Assembly: GCA_002269645.1 (NCBI GenBank)
Contig: NIVC01002426.1
Coordinates: forward strand, 1 to 64,000
DNA length: 64,000 nt
Source of the DNA: Macrostomum lignano
Lineage: Eukaryota
Reading direction: 5' to 3'
The position numbers and the translations under genes were made by a program. This document shows, in pieces, positions 41,344 through 53,219 of the stretch; positions within the stretch are counted from its first letter, which is position 1, and every line of letters starts with the position of its first letter. Under the pieces are notes generated by a model that was not told the origin of the DNA, searched no databases, and worked only from the letters and a program-made list of their open reading frames with translations.

Positions 41344-42664
41344 GCCGTCTGGGCATATCGCTGCTGACGAGTTGATCTCGCGAAGAGTTATGGTTATGAG
41401 TTATATCCCGGCTGTCCGTCAGTCCGTCTGCCCTGTCCTTTTGTCCTACCCCCGAATTAGGTCACTTGGGAAGGAAGGCGCGACCTCTTAAGGCTGCTAT
41501 TGTTTTGTCGTAACAACAGAAAAAAAGAAGAGAATTTCCCTAAGCTCTGTATTATTGAACTGACTGAGGAATTGAATGTATTGTATATATATAAAATTTG
41601 TGTGTGTGCGTGTATAGTTCACGCTATTCCTAATTCTCTTGCTCTAAAAGATTGAGGCCAGACAGAGAGAGGGGAGAGGAGAGAATAAGAGGGAGAGAGA
41701 GAAGGAGAGGCCGGGTTGGCTGGGGAGCTGAGACACGAGAGGAGAGAAAGGCGCAGAGCGTAGCGCCAATAAAAATAAAAGCCAGAGGATGAAGGGCGGG
41801 AGGTTGGCCAGCCTTCACCCCCGCCACCCCCGATCCCAGCTCCCGTCGTCATCCCCCCCCCCCCAAGTTGGGTCGACCGACCTCGCCAAGCAGCCTCAGC
41901 CCAGCCGCTACCGCTACTGCGGGGTCTCTCATTCTCACGCACTTCTGCTTGTGGCTGCTGCTATAGGGGGGTTGGGGATTAGCTCCACCTATGAGGCTTA
42001 ATACCTCATCCAGCCCTAGGGCCAGGCCGTAAAGGCATCCCAGTCCAGCCCAGGTCCGAAGGGGGGGGGATAAAGTGCCGCACGTGCGTCGGGCTTGAGG
42101 TGGACTGACCCAGGCAAGGAATTCTATAAGGATAGTAAGCTCGTATAGGCATTGAAGAATTTGGGGGCAGAGGATGACTGAAGGATTGCCCATTTGTGGG
42201 ATCACGATCCTTCGCGCTGCCTTCTCTTCCCTCCCCTGCCCCAATCCCAACCCCTCATTTTCAATGCCCAATGCTTTACACTTATAAGTCCCTGCCTTGA
42301 TTCCCCCCTCCGCAGATTCCATCCACTTGTGTTCATCAAGAGGCTGGCGCGGGCGGGTTATGAGGCTGGAGAGAAGAGCGCTGCTGAGTCTGCGGGGCAG
42401 GCAATGGGAGGCAATGGGCGGAGGGGAAATCACTACTCAGTAAGTAAATCAATCGATGCTAAGCCAGTTTTCTGTCCTTGTGGGTTTATAAGAAATTCTG
42501 GGCATTGGCAGCGCTGTGAAATCGATGGTTGGCATCTCATCGGATTATTGGTCGGGCGTGAAATCTTCTTGTCCGCTGCTCAGCTGTTTTGTCTCAGTCC
42601 ACTTTTGCTCTAGTCTCATAGCCTAGTACTCCTGCGTAATCTAATGTTGAGATTAGAAAGTAAT

Positions 42665-44165
42665 CTGAAATTAGACAGTAATCTGAGGTTAGACACCCAG
42701 GTGAGATTAGACACCAGTGTGAGATTAGACACCAGAATGAGATTATACACTAGAGTGAGATTAGACACCAGACTGAGATTAGACACCATGCAGAGTGAGA
42801 TTAGACACCAGAGTGAGATTAGACCCAAGACTGAGATTAGACACCAGACTGAGATTAGACACAGACTGAGATTAGACACCAGACTGAGATTAGACAACAG
42901 AGTGAGATTAGACACCAGACTGAGATTAGACACAGACTGAGATTAGACACAGACTGAGATTAGACACAGACTGAGATTAGACACCAGACTGAGATTAGAC
43001 ACCAGACTGAGATTAGACACCAGAGTTAGATTAGACACCAGAGTGAGATTAGACAACAGAGTGAGATTAGACACCAGACTGAGATTAGACACCATGCAGA
43101 GTGAGATTAGACACCAGAGTGAGATTAGACCCCCATTTAGAGTGAGATTACACCAGACTGAGATTAGACACCAGACTGAGATTAGACACCAGACTGAGAT
43201 TAGACACCAGAGTTAGATTAGACACCAGAGTGAGATTAGACAACAGAGTGAGATTAGACACCAGACTGAGATTAGACACCATGCAGAGTGAGATTAGACA
43301 CCAGAGTGAGATTAGACCCCCATTTAGAGTGAGATTACACCAGACTGAGATTAGACACCAGACTGAGATTAGACACCAGACTGAGATTAGACACCAGAGT
43401 TAGATTAGACACCAGAGTGAGATTAGACAACAGAGTGAGATTAAACACCAGACTGAGATTAGACACCATGCAGAGTGAGATTAGACACCAGAGTGAGATT
43501 AGACCCCCATTTAGAGTGAGATTACACCAGACTGAGATTAGACACCAGACTGAGATTAGACACCAGACTGAGATTAGACACCAGACTGAGATTAGACACC
43601 AGAGTTAGATTAGACACCAGAGTGAGATTAGACAACAGAGTGAGATTAGACACCAGACTGAGATTAGACACCATGCAGAGTGAGATTAGACACCAGAGTG
43701 AGATTAGACCCCCATTTAGAGTGAGATTACACCAGACTGAGATTAGACACCAGAGTGAGATTAGACACCAGACTGAGATTAGACACAGACTAAGATTAGA
43801 CACCAGACTGAGATTAGACACCAGACTGAGATTAGACACCAGTGTGAGATTAGACAGCATGCAGAGTGAGATTAGACACCAGAGTGAGATTAGACCAAAG
43901 ACTGAGATTAGACACCAGACTGAGATTAGAGACCAAACTGAGATTAGACACCAGACTGAGATTAGACACAGACTGAGATTAGACACCAGACTGAGATTAG
44001 ACACCAGACTGAGATTAGACACCAGAGTTAGATTAGACACCAGAGTGAGATCAGACACCAGAGTGAGATTAGACACCAGACTGAGATTAGACACAGACTG
44101 AGATTAGACACCAGACTGAGATCAGACACCAGAGTGAGGTTAGACACCAGACTGAGATTAGACAC
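42665..44165. repeat. Minisatellite, 16-18-bp unit GAGATTAGACACCAGA(C/G)T with a higher-order period of ~180 bp
   Basis: The variant CCCCATTTAGAGTGAGATTACAC recurs near 43130, 43317, 43504 and 43710. Confidence 0.95.
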
Positions 44166-44850
44166 CATGAGGGATCAGTATAGCTCAATAAATTGCAGGC
44201 TAGCTGTGCCCAAAATTGGCTTGCCGCGATAAAGTGAATCAGTCTCGATTCAACCCAACGCCCAGAGCTAATGGCACACACTGCGGTCAGTGGCGGGGTT
44301 AGGGTGAAGCAAATGAGGCGGCCCAGTTGGCCTGATTAAGGGATTAGAGTTGCCTAGAGTGGCTGGGCAGGTCTACAGAGACTTCGGCTCTCAGCTCTTG
44401 ACTGACTGAGAGAATAAGTGACAGCCGCAGTAGCGTGGCGAAGGGATCAGAGCCCTCACTGCCTCCTCCCCAATTATGGGTCGCACACAAGAAGCAGCAG
44501 CCGCCCCGAGGGCGTCACGCAAAGCCAAGCAAATTTGAGTTGAATTCCTACTCCGCTCACAGTGAGCACTAAATATAATAAGCGAATAGGTTTAGACTGA
44601 GGTGAGATAATTTGCGAAGCAGTAAACTGGCTGAGAGGGTGGCAGATTAGAGGAGGAGAGAGAGAGGAATTGCTGATTTGAAAGTGCCAAGCCGGTAATA
44701 AAAAACCTTTGTTCTATTATACAGTGGCTTGTGGACAAAGCAAATGATCTCGGTCCACTAATAACACCTGACTGAAGCATACTTCACTGAGAGTCACGCG
44801 TTCAGTTTTGTGCGATTGTCCCTGTGTTTCGGAAAAATGCGACAGTTAAA

Positions 44851-45345
44851 ATCTTGAGAATCTCGACCTAGAGAATCTCGACTCTTGAGAGAATCTCGAC
44901 CTAGAGAATCTCGACTCTTGAGAGAATCTCGACCTAGAGAATCTGGACTCTTGAGAGAATCTCGACCCAGAGAATCTCGACCTTGAGAGAAGCTCAAACT
45001 TGAGAGAAGCTCGACCTTGAGAATCTCGACTCTTGAGAGAAGCTCGACCTAGAGAATCTCGACTCTTGAGAGAAGCTCGACCTAGAGAATCTCGACCTTG
45101 AGGATCTCGACTCTTGAGAGAATCGCGACTATTGAGAGAATCTCGACTCTTGAGAGAAGCTCGACCTTGAGAATCTCGACCTTGAGAATCTCGACCTTGA
45201 GAATCTCGACCTTGAGAGAAGCTCGACCTTGAGAATCTCGACCTTGAGAATCTCGACCTTGAGAGAAGCTCGACCTTGAGAGAAGCTCGCCCTTGAGAAT
45301 CTCGACCTTGAGAATCTCGACCTTGGGAATCTGGACTCTTGAGAA
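44851..45345. repeat. Minisatellite, 15-18-bp unit GAGAATCTCGACCTT, probably internal repeats of a non-autonomous DNA transposon
   Basis: The tandem units are seen directly. The transposon origin is inference. Confidence 0.85.
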
Positions 45346-45736
45346 ACTGCTGAAAACTGCTCGCGACTCTCCGAAGCCAGACAATTAATAACAAACCAGT
45401 GAGAAGTGCTGGCGATAGGGATTGAATGGAATAAGGGTTCATTTCCGACCATTTCAATTCCATTAAATGCAGCTGTCCCAACGCAGAGTAAATAGACAGA
45501 CTGAGCACTATACAATCAATGAGTTATGACTTTATGAGTAAATTTGAACTGGCGTTCCACACACTATGTTCCTATTTATTCAATCAGGCAATCAATCAAT
45601 TTATGAACGAATTTGTTCTAGAATAGAACTTTATTTGAAACGAGTGAAAAAATCAGTGCAACTTTTATTGACAATTGCTTTGTTAAATTGGGTCACTCAA
45701 GAGAGACTTTTTCTGCGATTTCCGCTGAAGACGCTA

Positions 45737-46470
45737 TTACATCAATCTTAGGCACTCTGACATCAATCTTAGGCGCTATTACATCAATCTTAGGCACTCT
45801 TACATCAATCTTAGGCGCTATTGGAGCAATCTTAGACGCTATTAGAGCAATCTTAGTCACTCTTAGATCAATCTTAGGCGTTCTTGCATCAATCTTAGGC
45901 GCTCTTACATCAATCTTAGGCGCTATTAGATCAATCTTAGGCGCTATTAGAGCAATCTTAGGCGCTATTAGAGCAATCTTAGACGCTATTAGAGCAATCT
46001 TAGACGCTATTAGAGCAATCTTAGGCGCTATTAGAGCAATCTTAGACGCTATTAGAGCAATCTTAGACGCTATTAGATCAATCTTAGGCGCTATTAGATC
46101 ATGTAGGTCGTACGCTACACTCTCTGCCTCACATTATTCATGACTCACCCTCTCGCCTAAACTTGTTTACCGATTCTCGACCAATCACGCATCGCTTTAC
46201 CCCCACCCCCAATATTGACTAATAAATATATTGAGCAAACAAAGCCACACAGAGGCCACCTTTCTCGGCACGCAAACCTAGACTTCACAGATCAATCTTA
46301 GGCGCGATTAGAGCAATCTTAGGCGCTATTAGATCAATCTTAGGCGCGATTAGAGCAATCTTAGGCGCTATTAGAGCAATCTTAGGCGCTATTAGATCAA
46401 TCTTAGGCGCTATTAGATCAATCTTAGGCGCTATTAGATCAATCTTAGGCGCTATTAGATCAATCTTAGG
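45737..46470. repeat. Minisatellite, 21-bp unit CAATCTTAGGCGCTATTAGA(G/T), interrupted by a solo LTR
   Basis: Direct observation. Confidence 0.95.
46102..46289 (+). mobile_element. 188-bp solo LTR (TG...CA) with 5-bp TSD GATCA
   Basis: Begins TGTAGGTC and ends GACTTCACA. GATCA lies at 46097-46101 and 46290-46294. Internal CCAATC and AATAAA motifs are present. Confidence 0.75.
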
Positions 46471-47529
46471 CTACTAGCTATACTTCAATTTTGACCAGCC
46501 CTAAGGCTTTCACAGATGGATTCCGATTGCAATGCCAAAACTCATCAATATACCAATATCAGCTTCAGCAAATCCAAAGCTAACCTCATGTGAAAACTGG
46601 TCATGGTCAGGTTTCTTGGCGAGCATCAATTATACAACAGATCCCAATACCCACCTGGGCAGGTGAAAAAAAAGTAAAGCCATTCGTGGCCATACTCCAA
46701 GATTCGAAGATCTCAAAGCCGAAAAATAAGAAGCGGTGTCTGTTGGTAGGGTCCAGCGAAATCAATACTTGTAAGCTTCTGTATGGGGGATTAGCATAAT
46801 GGGTCTGGCTGGGAAACTCTGGAGCTACTGGCCTTCTCCAAAGTTTGAAGATTTAAGCGTCTCACATTTTACCCACATCTTCTGAGTGGCAGCAGACGAC
46901 TTGTGCGGTCAAGTTGCCGGGGGAGACCCTCCCATGACAGACAAAATTCCGTTACAGGTCCCATGGCTGCCACGCAACTGCCAAGGCCTGTTAAGTTGTT
47001 TCCTAAAGCTGCACAGCTTTTTCCCTTCTCTCCCCCCCAGGACGAGGGCTGCAGCGCACGGGGGACCCCAGTCTCCAAGTGGAGTGTGGGTTGTGAGACA
47101 GCCAAAATCCTTTTTTCTCTGGGAGTTGTTCAGCGTGTCCCCAAATCACACGCAGGTTTAACTGGTCTACAACCCTCTTTTTCTGCAACACCGGAATAGA
47201 AGAAAGAGGAACGGGCCACGCGGTCCGCAGTCGCTGGACTGCCACATCATGCGATCTTCGCTTCTCATTGTATTTCATGACTTCAATAGCCTTTCTTCTC
47301 AGTCAACCAACCAGAGGAACATGGAGTTCTAAATACAGCAACTGGAGTTTGTAGCCGTGGTTGTTGTTGTCATTAGTTAATCCTGAGCGCGCAGCACGCA
47401 CCTCGGGTATCTACAACTACCAATCTACCATAGACAATTGAAGAGGATTTTTCTAGACTGAATTTGTCTATGGCCAAACCGCATTCAGCGTAATGTTGTC
47501 ATACTAAATGCACCAGCGATGCAACAAAT

Positions 47530-47700
47530 ATGACGTTCCCTATCGCCCGGGTTCTACTTCAGCTGTCCATGAACGCACTCCCTGCCTTGGACTGAATAAA
47601 GTGTATTTACTGTGTAGCCGCGCGCGGAATCGAACCCGGGGCACCACTTTGACGAGTTTCCGCTTTCCACTCCAGATGCTGTATTTGTATCTCCATCAAT
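47530..47700 (-). mobile_element. Probable tRNA-derived SINE (different family)
   Basis: Perfect B-box GGTTCGATTCC on the minus strand at 47636-47626, with a weak A-box upstream. Boundaries are approximate. Confidence 0.45.
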
Positions 47701-47955
47701 CAGCCAAGTGGAATTGCTGGGAAGTGAAAAAAACACATTGAAGAGCTCTGACACGATTCAGCACACCTACCAACGGCTGGGGAGGAGAGCCTATAGCAGC
47801 TATTCATATTATAACAAGGTGAGAAAATTAAACCATAATTTTCAACTTGAATTGCTAGTCCTTTGGAAGAGGATCAGATCCTTTTATTGTCATTTTTAGT
47901 TCTCTCACAATTTTTTTTTGCCTAGCCAATGTATTCCCATCATTGAGGAGCAGAG

Positions 47956-48165
47956 CTTTCCAGGAAACCGTTGCGTTCTATTGCCTGAAACTCTGAAACT
48001 TTCCAGGAAATCTAACTTTCCAGGAAACCTTTGCGTTCTGACTTCCAGGAAATCTAACTTCCCAGGAAACCTTTGCGTTCTATTGCCTGAAACTCTGAAA
48101 CTTTCCAGGAAATCTAACTTTCCAGGAAACCTTTGCGTTCTGACTTCCAGGAAATCTAACTTTCC
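47956..48165. repeat. Short tandem repeat built on TTTCCAGGAAA
   Basis: Seven TTCCAGGAA copies plus one TTCCCAGGAA. Confidence 0.9.
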
Positions 48166-48799
48166 GCTAACGTCAACTTCAAAAAATCAAGTTTGAAAAC
48201 TTTCAAAATAAAAGAATCGGAGACCAGAAAAGTGAGAAGAGGACGCGCTTTGCTCATTTCTCTCTTTTCACTCCATCAAATCGATGTTGTGTCTGCCTAT
48301 AGCCAGTCAACGCGAGAATACGAGAGAGACGAGAGAGAGACATCAGCAACATGCGTTGCTTTGAAAGACATCTCGCCGCCCTGTCAGTAATCCGAAGCAA
48401 GCATGCTGAGGGATTAAGTCTTGGGGGGGGGGGAGCTGCATGGAGATCAGATCCTCTAACCCTGTGCCCAGATAAGAGGGCGCAGTAGGGGAAAGCCGCA
48501 ACAAAAACACGCTGAGCTGGAGCCCTCTCGGAAGCTTATCTGACTATTACAGACGGCGCTTGACCTGATCCCTCCCCAGATCCCTCTAAAAAAGAATTGA
48601 TGAGAAGGAGGGATATCTGGATAAGAAGAGCAGAATGACCTCGTACTGGACCGCGTGACGCGGACTAGGATCTTGAAGTGTATCGGTGCGCAGGCTAGAA
48701 AAGATGGAGTGATCGATTGGCTATCCAACTCTGAGGGATGATTCTAGCGGAGTCGGAAGTGTACTGAGTCAAAATTTAAACTTTCTCCTTATATCAACA

Positions 48800-49045
48800 G
48801 TTTATTCATTACATGGCCTGTACGGTGTTGAAACTACGGGGCTCGAGCTACCATCCTGTATTTCCAACGCAGCACAGAGCTACGGCCCTATCAAAGGCTT
48901 CCATGCACTGGTGAACTGGTTCCATGCAGTCGTTCACGGATTTCTGCCGAAAGCAGCCTATTGTTCAGCGTACTAACCGCGATCAACTCTGCTTAACTTG
49001 GAAGTGCTGGCGGCGAACGCGCAGGGCCCAGGCTGGGGTTATATG
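48800..49045 (-). mobile_element. 5S rRNA-derived (SINE3-like) element or degenerate 5S pseudogene
   Basis: Minus strand AAGTTAAGCAGAGTTGATCGCGGTTAGTAC matches the 5S internal control region (AAGCTAAGCAGGGTCGGGCCTGGTTAGTAC). It is followed by a non-5S body ending near AATAAA. Confidence 0.55.
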
Positions 49046-50014
49046 ATAGAGCTTTCTTGCTTTCCTTATTTCTTCAATCCTTAAGAGAATCCTGACTCCC
49101 AGCTCCTAGCTTTTCTCTGCTATAGAATAATTTTAGTATATCAAGACTAGCACAATGCCCCCTTCGGGGATGCATACGTAAACAAATTAATAAGCAGCAT
49201 CCTGCCAGATTCTAAATGCGGTGCTTAGCAAACAGTTCATGCATACTTTATCTTACAACTTCTTTGTTATAAAGTCAAGGTCTTCATGCTAAAAACTGTC
49301 CTCTGAAAAGCAAGCTTTCGTATTAACTACTCGGATATTCACATTATGATTGGCTCTTGGAGTGAGCGATTAAGTGATTAAAATTGTAGGAAAAATACTG
49401 AGTGAGCTTCCTGAACTCTAGATTCTGTCTTTAGGATTCCTTGCAATTAACTCTTGACTCAAAGATCTTATGCAAGCTCAAGAAGTCAGTCCCGGGCGTC
49501 CCCATAGCGCAGGTCCCGCGAGTCTTGCAAGATATGCCAATAAAAAGGCCAAAGATGTAATATTACCTGTTGCAATAGAGTCCAAAGACACGCAAAGTAG
49601 ACATTGATGCCGGCTTTGATGAATTAATAAGAAAAAGTCAACAAAGAAGGATCTAAGAGCTATTCTTGGTTTTGTCTATCAAAAAGATAGAACGCAAAAA
49701 AGTCATACCATTGCAATGTGAGTCCTCACCGAAATAGCGTGCACGGTTACTGATACTGCAATCTGCACTGAACCTGGCCACAGTGCAAGCACGAAAGTTT
49801 GCTTTTGCCTTTGTTCGCACGTGTTTTTATTATGGCCTCTTTTTGCATTCGCTACCTTCTTTGTGCTCTTAAGCTTCTTGTTGGACTCATGTTAACTAAA
49901 GGGGTCATCATGAGCTCTAAATACTAGGTAAAAAGATGTGAGCTCATATTGATTAATAATTTAAATGGTAGGAATATTCAATGATGGGATTGATCGTTAT
50001 AGGATATTCCAACG

Positions 50015-50302
50015 ATGGGGAACTTCCAAGATGGGAAACAAACTTCTAGGATGGAGAACTTCCAGGATGGGGAACTTCCAGGATGGGGAACTTCCAGGAT
50101 GGGGAACTTAGAGGGTGGGGAACTTCCAGGATGGGGAACTTCGAGGATGGGGAACTTCGAGGGTGGGGAACTTCCAGAATGGGGAACTTCCAGGATGGGG
50201 AACTTCCAGGATGGGGAAATTCCAGGATGGGGAACTTCCAGAATGGGGAACTTCCAGGATGGGGAACTTCCAGGATGGGGAACTTCCAGGATGGGAAACT
50301 TC
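50015..50302. repeat. Minisatellite, 16-bp unit GGATGGGGAACTTCCA
   Basis: About 17 units. Confidence 0.95.
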
Positions 50303-50740
50303 AGTACACAGGGAGTCACTTTGGCGCTTATCCTGGTCTGGGATTGGTGACGAGGTGCCCAGAAAAGCAGAAAATTCTGAGACAGATATCCGCAAAACAT
50401 TTTCCACCAGCCTTGTATGTTAGTAGTCCGCAGAGTTGATATTCGAGCATCCGCCGGACTCTCGAGAGATCCTGATCTGCTCTCAGCTCCCGTCTGCCCC
50501 GCTCCGCTTGTTTTCATTGAATATATTCTCGGTGCGTAAATTTACTCTGAGACAAGATTTTTCCATTGCTCAGACAGATTGGCTCAGTGAGGGAGGATCC
50601 TTCGGGTCAGACAGAAGTACGCGTGCATGCAAGGCTTCTCGACGCTTCATTAATTATTCATGAGTCGAAGCAGTCGCTACCGTTCGGCCAAGAACTACTA
50701 TATGGAGTAGTTTGGATTGGAGTTCAGATAGAATGGTAGT

Positions 50741-50885
<145 letters not shown>

Positions 50886-51127
50886 CTCTCCTTGAGTGAA
50901 TAGCGCCTAAGCATCGAAAGTCAGAATTCGGGTTTGGCTGCGCAACTAATGGACTGACTTTGTGGAACAGAAGAGCAAGTGCTACTGGGAGCGTCTATCC
51001 GAGAAAGTCTCTTCTTAAGGGCGTGGCTTTTTGAAACAAATTTTGAGCTGATCTGACTCATTATCTGTTTAGAAATCGTAAAGTTTCTCAAATATCTTTC
51101 AGCAGCATCTGATCTAGCGTATATAAA

Positions 51128-51452
51128 TGAGTTACAGTAGTGAATTCGAATGAGTTACAGTAGTGACGTCAACGAGTTACAGTAATGACGTCGAATGAGT
51201 TACAGTAGTGAATTCGAATGAGTTACATTAGTGACGTTAATGAGTACAGTAGTGACGTCGAATGAGTTACAGTAGTGACGTCAAAGAGTTACAGTAATGA
51301 CGTCGAATGAGTTACAGTAGTGACGTCAAAGAGTTACAGTAATGACGTCGAATGAGTTACAGTAGTGACGTCAAATGAGTTACAGTAGTGACGTCGAATG
51401 AGTTACAGTAGTGACGTCAATGAGTTACAGTAGTGACGTCAATGAGTACAGT
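51128..51452. repeat. Minisatellite, 21-23-bp unit GAGTTACAGTA(G/A)TGACGTC
   Basis: About 14 units. TGACGTCA and TGACGTCG variants largely alternate. Confidence 0.95.
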
Positions 51453-52981
51453 AATAGCGTCAGTCTGTCATTCATAATTTGGAATCGAATCGTGTTGCAT
51501 TGTATTTTTTGTTCGAGAAAAAACATTCCCTCTGAGTCACTATTGATTAATGCAGAAGAGTAGTGGCTCTGTGACTCGTGCCCGAAGGTGCTCAATAATA
51601 AAGGGAAGCAAGCGATGGGATATTATTCCCAATGAGAATCACGGCACGACTTCCTCTAACCTGAAGCACGCGCCCAATGCCCAGAACATCCCGCCATTTT
51701 CTGGGTGACTTGCTATCTACCTCTTATTTGTCATTCTCTCTCTTTGCTATTCTCTTCTCTTCTCTGTCTTTCGTTCCCGCTGTCCGAAGTCAGTTGAAAA
51801 CACGTTCCAAAATCTTCGTGTTCGGCTGCTAATGAGGCCCGGGCCTATCGAACTGATGCATCGAGCTCTCTCCGTGTGTAATTTCTTTAGCATTACTGTT
51901 GTAAGCTTAGTTAATTGAAATTGCGATAAACAGGGTTGGGAGAGAATGACGGACACGATACGGATGTACAAGATTCAATTTTATCATGTCTTCTTTTTTC
52001 TAATTTTACGGATTTTTACAGATTACGGGGAGCATTGGGTACCCGGTTGTTTGTTTGTTTGTTTATCATTTCCTGGAGTGTGTGTTTACCGAGGGAATTG
52101 GGTACCCAATTTCTTGTGTTTTTACTTTTTTTATAATTTTTGGTAACTGGACAATCCTGATGTTCGCTATTGTATTATGTTATGGATTTATTTTTTTTGT
52201 TTATTTAGTTTACGTTTTTTTTCTGTTCGATAAGTTACTCGTAGAATCGTTCAATATAAGTACATGTCAGGTCTTGGTTTCGTAATTAGTTACATATTAG
52301 TTATTACTAAATCCGACACTCTCTGGTTCTTACTTTTGTCACAGGAAACATAATTTGACTCTTGCCTCGCAAGAAGCTTGACAAGCCTCGCCCCCACCCC
52401 CGTGTTCGAGATAATTAGTCCTACAGCACTCTGCTTGGGTTCAAATGCATCTCCCTCTCTGCTTCATCGACTGTTTTTGCGTCGAAAATTGTCTTTCAAG
52501 ATTTTTTAATTGCCTACTGTCTAATTGTTTTTTTTAATGAGTGCTAAGCAATTTTTGGCTGACAAAATTATCACTGCAAGCGGGGCAGTTCAATTCAAAT
52601 TTTGTATCTACTGTTGCACCTGATGACCCCATAAGATTTGCTTGCATCGCCATCGAGTGAGGCCTATTTTTCTCGTGATCACACGACTTTAGAAGCGTCA
52701 TTTTTAAATGACTTTTTGTACACCAGTCGCGTGACTTGATGGCTCAACTGACAACATAATAACCAAGTTAAGATATATATTAGTTTTAGTAGAATATTAG
52801 ATATAGTTTTAGTATTACATATTTGAAAATTAATGTCTCACTTGTATTGCAAATAATGCCTTAAAAGTACATTGCTAGAGCATACCTAGCCTAAGATTGA
52901 TGCTTATTTATGATCAGTCTTTAATCCGGCCAGATAAACTCTAGATTTCAATGTGCACATAAAATCTGTTGTAGAATATGA

Positions 52982-53219
52982 CTAGCAATCTAGTGCCCCC
53001 CTTCAGGGCGCCCAATGAGCAAGGGACAAAAATTATTTATGTTAATTTTTTTTGCCTTGATACCTAAGCAATTCCACCGTAAGCCTCGACATCTCAGCGA
53101 TTCCCCCCTTAAGCCTTGACATCTTAGCAATTCCCCCAGTAAGCCTGGGCATCTCAGCGATGCCCTCAATAAGCCTTGACATCTTAGCAATTCCCCCCGT
53201 AAACCTCGACGTCTCAGCA
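52982..53219 (-). mobile_element. Non-autonomous Helitron-like element with an internal ~30-bp tandem repeat
   Basis: The minus strand ends GCCCTGAAGGGGGGCACTAGATTGCTAG|T (hairpin followed by CTAG|T). It is flanked by the direct repeat TAGAATATGA. Confidence 0.55.

Noticed and set aside
41619-42613. Several 65-194 aa ORFs on both strands
   Set aside because: No domain motifs or consistent splice structure; probably decayed repeat sequence.
46500-47300. Cluster of short ORFs in moderately GC-rich DNA
   Set aside because: Stops occur in all frames and I could not recognise a transposase, RT or other motif.
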